Assembly (NCBI GenBank): GCA_035352955.1
Contig: DAOPYQ010000004.1
Span: 13,381-77,380 of the forward strand
Direction of reading: 5' to 3'
Source of the DNA: Candidatus Omnitrophota bacterium
GTDB taxonomy: Bacteria > Omnitrophota > Omnitrophia > Omnitrophales > Aquincolibacteriaceae
Length of the DNA stretch: 64,000 nucleotides
Shown: piece after piece, positions 43,301 to 52,300 of the stretch
Position numbering within the stretch: position 1 is the first letter of the stretch
How the letters are laid out: each line of letters starts with the position of its first letter
Notes under the pieces: generated by a model
What the model was told of the DNA's origin: nothing
Databases searched by the model: none
Seen by the model: the letters and a program-made list of their open reading frames with translations, nothing else
Program-made: the position numbers and the translations under genes

Positions 43301-46300
43301 GCTCCGGAGACCAATACCGGAAGGCGTAATTCTGCGCGAGGGATCGTTCGACAAGCTTGGGATCGATCTGGAATTTGAACGGCGTACTGGAGAACCGGAA
43401 GAAACGTGAGAACTCCCCGAGATGCGTGTCCAGATAGTCCCGGACCCCCGGGGTCACAAACGTAAAATCGTAATGGGTCCGCATTTCTAAAGACCGGAGA
43501 CCCGCATGAAAACGCGTATCGTTCAGGTGAACCTCATAGGGAAGCTTTTTCAGGCTTTCCGCTGGGATTTCGTCCCCCGCCCCGCTGCGGATAAAAAGAG
43601 TCGCCGCACCTTTTTGAAATTTCCCGGTAAAATTCCGGAGAGCTTCGTCAAATTCCTTGCGCCATTTGAGGAACGTCTTTGCGCCTGCGACCACGATCAG
43701 GGATGTTGAGGTCTTTTTTTCCGGAGCGGTCGCGCGGTTCAGCTCTGCCACCTCGACGGCAGCATCAACGCTGGTCCTACCGGGCATTTCCTCCGCCGTA
43801 AGCACGGTCTGCATGAGCGGTGAGAAGATGTCCGTCAGTCTCCGGGACATCGCCTCGCGGTGTTTAAACGGAAGCTGAGTCGGATTCCCGCTCGGACCTT
43901 TCCCATGATCGCCCATCGGAACAAGCACGGCCACGTAGGTTTTAGGATGCCCGCGGTCCTTCTCCGAAGCAAAAACCAGCGCATCCAGCAGCGCGTCGAT
44001 ATGATCCAGGTGCGGAAGCTCGAAAGTCCCCGGCAGTGCCACGATCACCTGATCGCCCGGCCTGCTCCCGGAATTTGCGGCAGGATCTTTCGCCGAAGTC
44101 CTCAGGGGAGCGGACGGCAACAACACATCTCCGGCTTCGATCCGCGACCGGAGCGTCCGCAGATTATGATTGAATTTCTTACGGATCGCCTCGAACTTTG
44201 CCATATCTTCGGACTCCGCAACGGCTCTCATCGCTTCCAACTCCTTGTTGAACCGCTCGAGGATCCCGTTCATCGCGACAAGGGATGCAGCATCGGCCTT
44301 GCGACCGGTCGGGGTCAGCCGCCCGTTCTCCCACAGAAAATTCCCGCCGTCTTCGCGCGTGATCCGGATCTTCAGGCCCCCGTCACGATCGTCTACGTCA
44401 AAGGCCCGGACCCGGTCATAAACGGCCGTGGTGTGGGTCTCGCGGTCATAGGTCGAAACCACCACCGAGTCATCCATGTTAAGAAAGACATAAACATCAT
44501 AGCGCCCCGCCAAGTTATAGTAGGTCACGGTCTTGAATGAAAACGCTTCGACTTTTTCGCCATGGCCGAACGCCCGGACCGTCCTCACCACTTCTTCCGA
44601 AAACGCGGGATTGAGCGCGTAAAAAAGGGCGTCATTAAAATAAACTTCCGGACGGTTCCTCGCATCGCCCACGTAATCCTCCCAATCCACCCAGTCGATC
44701 GACCCGACCCTCGGATCCGTCACTCGCAGATTTTTCTCCGCTTCCGGCGTGAGAAAGATCGCACCGAGGGAAGCGAACTGCCGGGAATGGATCGAGGGAT
44801 CCTCCTTGTAACGGCTATGCGTCCGGAGCCAGCCGGCGGTCCGGATCTGCATGAACTGGAACCCGCCATCTTCAAGTCCGTATTGTTCCTTTAACGCACG
44901 GCGAAGGACTTTTTCAAAACTCCCGCGGTCTTTCGGCTGATAAAGAGCCTGGACACTCAGATCGAACCGCCCCTTGCCGAGGTGAACCGACTGAGACCGT
45001 TGTCTGCGCAGGACTTGCAGCCGACCCTCCGGGCTCTTTCTGAAAATGAATCCTTGCAGGGATTCATGCCAAAGCCCCTCACGATGAACAATAGCCCTTT
45101 CCTCCACGGCAACCGAAGTTCGCGTGGCCGGATCCACCACCGGCAGTTGTTCCCTCTGGTATCCCCTCTCGCCTTCGACGGGAACGACCCTGGCCTTTTC
45201 GAGCTCGGCGATCGCAAGGCTGACGCTCTGCTCCAACGCCCCGATCTGACTCCGCACCGATTCAAACAACCGCTTCCCGGTAGGAATGCTTTTTTCCCGG
45301 CCGGTCATATCATAGTAACGGTTAAGGTCGTTCAATAACCGGTTCGCACGGGCTGCAAAATCCTTATCGGGAAAAGTCGTGTGCAACAAAAAAGCGCCAC
45401 GCGTTAGATAACGCACCAGGAATTCATCGTCAAAGAATCCGCCGACCCCGCCCTGCCCGATCTCGTCGGAATACTTTTCCCGCCTTGTGCGGGTTTCAAA
45501 AAGATGCTTGGCGTGCACGAGGACCCGCTCAACATCCGCTTTCTTGGGATCGAGATGGCTGACCGGTCCGAACAGCGTGACGGAATCTTCGATCGCCGGA
45601 TCGTACTTTTCCGAAGGGGTGGAAACCAGTAGCTCCATGCGATTGACGCGAAGATTTTTGGCAACACCCTCAGGGTAAGCCTCCGGAACCAGATCCGCGT
45701 GAAGCGTGCTCGAAAAGAATTTGACGTTCGGATGTTCGAACTCAAGCCTGAAATCGATATCACCGGGATCCCGGGGGCCGGACGTCCAACTCCCGGTCGC
45801 TTCGATACGAACGAGCCGGAAACCGCGGGCGACCATTTGATCCACATACGCCTCAAGATAGTCCGACAAAGGAACGGTTTTCCCGGGTCCAGAAGCGGCA
45901 GCGAGAGCCCCTTCAGCGACCTTCTGGACTTTGAGCCCATAATCCCCGAACTGTCCGCCGTCATAGAGATAATCACGGACCCGGACCGGGATCTGCGGGA
46001 TCTGCCGGATGAGCCTGCGCATCTTTTCCTTCTGCGACGGCGGGAGATAACGGAAAGCATACTTGTTCTCGAGAACTTCGTTGATCTGCGCGTCCGTGAT
46101 CCGGAGTTTAAACGCTTCCGCCCCCTTCGCGTTCTCTACTTTTTCTTCGCTGCGAAGCTCCGCGCGGATTGCGCCTTTCAGGATAAATTGAGCGATCGTC
46201 TTCCCGCTTTTCGAGGCTTCCTGTTTGATCCAATGGTCCGCCGCGAGCTCATCCCCGCGAAACCGACCGACGATCTTTGGGTAGGCGGGGCTGCGGACCG

Positions 46301-49300
46301 CTCGGGCATATTCCGTCGCGGTCATGCTCGCGGCCCATCCGCGGCGGCCGGGGCCCGCCAATGGGATGCTTCGGGTATGCCGCTCCCGGAATCCTTGGAA
46401 CGAAAGAAGTCCGGGATTTTGTTTGATGAACACCGAATCCCCGGTGAAAGCATCCACTCCGGTCACGGATTCGCTGAACTCGCGGCAGACCATGAACGCG
46501 AAGTAGGCGGTCTTGTTGATCCCCTGGAGCGTTTCATAGGAACGCGCGCCCTGGACAAGGATCGCGTCGCTATTCAGAACAAGATCCGCCACTTCTTCCG
46601 AAAATTCCCGGCCATTCACCGCGCCCCAAAGCGGCCCCGACCGGGAGATCTGGTATCGCCCTTCCTCGGCCATGATCCGCGACAAGGGAGCGAGCGACGG
46701 CATCGTCAGGAACTTATTAATAAAATCCATGTCGTGAGCATCGTTTCCGACGCGGATCCAGCCGGCCACGGCGTGACGCGGGACCGAGATCACCTTCAGC
46801 AGCGGATTTTCCTGGAGCATCTTCAGGATGAACAAAAGATCCAGCTGGGCTTCGCCGTAATCGTCATGAAAAACCACAAGCGTCTTGGGGGTCTTGGACT
46901 TGATGAACTGGGCTTCGAAATCCGGCCAAAAATCGATCGCCAGCGGACGGGCCGCCTTTTCGCCGAGGACTCTGAGTATCCGCTCGGACCGCGCACGGTC
47001 GGATTCCCCCGGAACATAATACGGGATGATATTGGTCGTATTGGTAATGGATGCTGCCGAAGAACTGGACTTAAGATCAAGCCCCAAAGCTCCCGCGGCG
47101 ATCGAATACCGGAAAAGCTGCTCGATCGAAAGGTTTTCCATCCGCGGCAGGATCGTTTCGATCACCTTTCCGATCTTTTCGTTAAAATCCTTGTCCGAAT
47201 AAGGAGAATTGTAGGTGTGGTGGGAAGTCAGCTTGGACATGGCCCGGGTAAAGACGTCCTGGTAGATCTGGGCCGGGATCATGTCCATGAACCGTTTGCC
47301 GGAGCCATCTCTAAGGAAGAGCAAAAGGAACACGGCATCCCCAAGGGGGATCCCCCATTCCCTTTCTTTGTCGCCCACAAATTCGAGGATCTTGTTGTAA
47401 CGAAGGCGCTCTGCGGGATCCGACTCCTTGTCGGCAGCTTTTCTCCAGCGAACGAGTTCCGCGGCGATCTGAATGCCGACCCATTTCCGGAGGTTCTGGT
47501 TATCGGAAGCCGCAAGGAAAGGCGGCCTGTGCAAACGCTCCCCCACCATAAAGGTCCCCGGCACAAAATCGGGATCGAAAAGTTGACCGATCTTTTGCGG
47601 TGACGCCGGCGGGATCAAAGGGTTCATAATACTCTCGATCATCGCTCCCGCGGACGCCTCATCGAGGCCAAGCGCCGCCGCAATATTTTTTTCAAGAAGC
47701 GTCCATCCCTCCGCGCTAAAACCTTCCCCGGACTCCGCGACTTTTTCAAGAAGATCCGCCAGTTCCGCGGCCCGGATCCCGGCGGGGACTTCCGTTGCAC
47801 CGGACGGGGCGGCAACACCTGTTTTCCTTGACGCTTCCTCCTCCGGAAGCATGCGCGTCAAAAGATCGTGCAGGAAATGCTGCTCCAGGTTCGCGATGTA
47901 GGCCGCTTTTGCGTCCTTGCCTTTTTTAAGATCGCGGCACCGCGCCATGGCTTTATCGTGCAAAGCCTTTACTTCTTCCCCGGTCAGACCCGCCCGCACT
48001 TGTCCTTCGGCGGTAAGATAAGGCTTCAGGAATTTTTTCCGGAACGAAGGAATATGGATGCCATAGCTCGCTTTCAGCTCCACACCGCTTTCCTCAAGGG
48101 CATCGGCCGGACCGGAAAGGAGGCGGTCATGATCCCCGTCCACGATCACCGGATCGCCTTCATGAAGAACGACCCCGCCCTCAAGTTCCAGGGACACGCG
48201 GCTCCCCTCCTCAACGACTTTGGCCCTCCTCAAATTGATCAGAGAAGCGATCCCGACAGACCGGGTCAATACGGCCTCGTGCGAGGAGCCGTTCCCGTAT
48301 TCAGTGACCAATGCGAAACTCGGATAACCGAGAAGCCCGATAAGGAGATCCGTGTTTTTGGTACTGCTCTTGATGTTCTTTTTAAGGGCAAACCATACGA
48401 AAGGTTTTTTCTTCGCTACAAGCTCCGGGATCCTGGCAGGATCGAATACCAGCGGCCCCCGGAAAGCGCCGGAATTGGAAGTCAGCGCCCTGGCAAGCGG
48501 CCGGACTTGAGCGCCCGCCCGAACCTTGTAGATCTTCCGCTGACCGAGCCGGGCCTGAAGCGCCTCGATCCTCGGAATCGCAAGAGTCTCGGTGATCCGC
48601 CCCTCAGCCATGTCTTCTTCAAGGTGAGCGATCTCGCCATAGATCGAAAACTTCATATTTCTCATTTGAAGAAACCACAATTTCCCGTCCACCACAGTGA
48701 ACTCAAGCTCCTGCGGAGGAAGCAGCCGGCCTTTTTTACTGCCTTTCCGTGGACGAAGCCATCCGTCGATCTTTGCCTTGGCGTCGAGGATCTGCCGGTA
48801 AATCTTGGGTGCTGCCGTCGCGAGCTCGCGGATATCCCGGCCTTCCCCCCCCTCGGTCATCAGATGCTCGCCCATGACGTTCGCTTCAAATCGGCCGACG
48901 ATACCGTCCCTGCCGTCTTTGGGGTCGCGCGTGGTAAAAGCACCCGCGAAATTCCGCAACGTTTTTCCCTTACGGGCCGACGCGTAATCGAAACCACGCT
49001 CCAGGCGCTGGATAATCAGGGGAAGATCGTACCGGTGAGGGATCCCCGCCCATTGGCGGTAGTCCCTTGCCGCATCGGTGTCCCACGCCTTGGCCGCCGC
49101 GAGAATCGCATCGATCAACCGTTCCCGCCAGTTGACGGGAAGACTAGTCAAAACGCCCGGCATGGAAACCTTCGGATTGCTGCGAACCATCAAGCTGTCG
49201 TTCGGACCGATCCCGGCCTTGGCAAGCTGTTCCTCGATCAGCGCAATGTAGGGAGATTTGCTAAGATCCCTTTCTTCTTTTGCCGAAGAAACAATCGCAC

Positions 49301-52300
49301 AAACCAATTCCGCGGAAAGCACGATCCCGGGAGGGAAATCGAGTCCCAACTCCTTCAGATGCTCAAAACCAATTTCTTTGTTCCCAGGCTTGGAATCCGG
49401 CCGGATCTCTCCCAGAATGGAAACGTTCCTCTCCACTTCATCCTTGAAGGTCAGCTCCCCGGGGAATAAAGCCCGCAGCGTACGGGCGTGACCCGCTTCA
49501 AGATAGAGCGCGACAAAATCTTCCGCGTCCTTGGGAACCTCGAGCGCTTCTTCATAAACCCCGTACGGAAAATGTCTTTCCCCGTCATTGTAAACCATCT
49601 TACGCACCTTCATGCGCGCGGTCCGAAGACCGAAACGCTCACGGAGAACGTTCAGGAGCGGATGTTTTTCAAGAGTCTCTTCCTCCCGCTCTCCGACCAC
49701 ACGAATCCCATACAAGCTGATGAACTCCTCTTCCTCCTCAAGGGTTTCAAGCCATTCCCGGACATGCTTGACCCGGAGCTCACCTTCAGAATCCCGCTTC
49801 ATCAATTCCCGGTTCTGCGCGAAAAGTTTCCGCAAGGCCACCCGGTCACAATGGGGGTTAATACTGGTCGCGAACCGGAGGATCCGTTGAAATGTTTTTT
49901 CCGACGGATCCGAAGGCTGCGCCGCTCCTCCGTCGATCAATTGCCGAAACGCCGACATCCGATCGGGGGTCAATACGTCCGGAGCCAGAGCCCCGATCAT
50001 TCCTTCAAAAAATTCCCGCAGGATGTCCCGGGCTTCCGGGCTCATGCCCGCCAGAAGACCTCCCTGAAAAAGAAAATTCAAAACATCCTGATAAAATGTC
50101 CCCTCATGTCTCACCGCAAGTTCTGCAAGAAAACATCCCGCCGCAGTGTCCCCGGCGATAGCGGCTTTCAAAAGTTGTTCGGTGTGGGAGGCATCGGTGG
50201 ACGAGACCCCGTCCGGAGGAAGATCCGCCTTCGAGACCCGGGCGCCCGTCTTCAGGCTCGAAACGATCACCCCGACAAGCTGATCCGCAAAATATTTTTC
50301 GCTGCCGGCCCCGAACGCACGATGCACCATGAGCGTGTTGGGATATTGAAACGAAGGGCTCAATTCGTAATGCCAGTGGAATTTCCCGCGAGCCACCCGC
50401 ACGACCGTTCCTTCCTTCTCACGCTTCGCCGGCTCTCCCGAGTACCAGAGGATCGGCCCCCGGAATTTGAACCGTTCCCGCAACTGCCGGATAAGCACGT
50501 CCCCGTTCATGAGCGGCATATCCGTATCCGTAATAACCAGGTCAAAGAGCCGGTCCGGGTTTCCGGAATTTTTCTCAAAGTATTCCATGGCCTCGTTTCC
50601 GTTCACGGCCATCACGACCGTCCGCTCCTCCGCGGTAAGCGTCGTCTTCAGGAGTTCACGGATATTCTCCCGGTCTTCCACGATGAGGACCCTCCGGAGT
50701 CCGGCCTTCGGGTCCACAAGCCTTAGCTCATTGGGCCGGAATTCGCCGTCGTCCGTTCGCAATTCCGCACGACGAATGTTCCCCGAAAAGGAGCTGTCCC
50801 CTTTCGTTTCCGGCTTCATTCCCCGAAAAGGATCATTCAACTGCGACAAGAGTCCGCCCGGAGCCTGTACGATCTCAAAAAGAGAGTAAGACTCTCCCTT
50901 AAAATCCGCCTCATCTGCTGTTTGATATTCGAAACCGTCGATGCCGTTCGCGGCTCCGCGGGCATACCGGGTCTTGATCAGCCAGTAACGACCCGTGCTG
51001 GTTTCCAGAAGAAAGGAGTCGGCATTTACCCGTTCCCTGACCGGAGCCACCCTGACGTGAAGAACTTTTCCGAGGCGGGGCATGCGCGGCTCGAACCATT
51101 CGGAAAGATACCGGCCACGCAATTCCAGAAGATTCACGCGTCCGAAATCATTATTCAAAAACAGGAACTGCCCCGCGGCATACCACAAATTGTATTTCAG
51201 GAACAAACCGGCCCACAGACTCCCGGGATCAAAAGCCATGACAACAAGAGCCCCGGCAGCCACGAACAGATTCCCCAAGGTTCCCGCCGAGCTGATCCCC
51301 AAGAACCAACGCTGCGGGATCCCCGTCGCGGAGGACTCGGTAAATTTCACCTGCCAGCCCAACCAATCGATCTTGAGATTCTTCAGCGGTATTTCCGGCC
51401 ATGAAATCGCGTTCAGATATCGGGCCGTAAGGTAGTGGAAAATTTCATGCACGTAGATGCTTATTAGAATTGCAGCCACCCATGGCATCGAAACGAACGC
51501 ACCGATCAGCAGCAGATCGAAATAATTGACCAGGTATTTTCCGATATCGGAACGGCCCTTGAAACCCTTGGCCGTTAAAATAACCCGCCGCGATAAAAGA
51601 GACCCCGTCATGATCCCGAAACCTTCGCGGACGGCTAGAAAGAAACTCAGTTTCGAAAGGGTCTGAAGGATCCCTCCCGGGACATCTCCCGCAAAAACCA
51701 TCGCGGCGCCAAGCCCCAGGAATACAGCCACCGGAACGCCGCCCATTTCAGAAAATTTCTTTCCAACATTTTTAGCCTTTTCGCGCAAGGCAGCCCCGAA
51801 CGCCGGCTTTCGGGGCGCCGGTTCCATCTCTCCCTTCATCCCGACCCTGTGAAAACCGTATTCGATGCCCTCGTAAAGGATCCATGCAATCAACCCCGCA
51901 GCAATGCCCGAACTTCCCAAAAACAATCCGGCGCCCACAACATACCAGAGCCCTGAAAATTTCCGGTAATAGCCAAAACCTTCAGCGCTCGTCCACCGGA
52001 AAACGAACCGCTTCCACTGTTCTTTCAGCCAGTTTCCTTTCTCCGGCACATCCTTGGCGACGGAAGTCACATCCTTTGTTTCGCGTAACTCTGCACGAGA
52101 TTTTTTCACAACAACGGAGGGCGCTCCCTTTCCGAGCAAACGATCCAACGTCCCGAGATCGGTCCCGGGATGAACGCGCAAAGCTTCATAGACCGCACGA
52201 ACCTCAGCGCGCCCGTTAAGGGAAGGGTGGAAAACCGGCAAGACCCTCGCCGCGGTGGCAAGGACCGACACAAAAGGTTTTTCAAAAGAGAGGAAGCCTT

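Noticed and set aside
44300-45250. Nudix hydrolase call for the giant 2 segment containing REGLWHESLQGFIFRK...RRALKEQYGLE
   Set aside because: It loosely resembles a Nudix box, but the GX5EX7REUXEEXGU pattern is not satisfied. Insufficient evidence.
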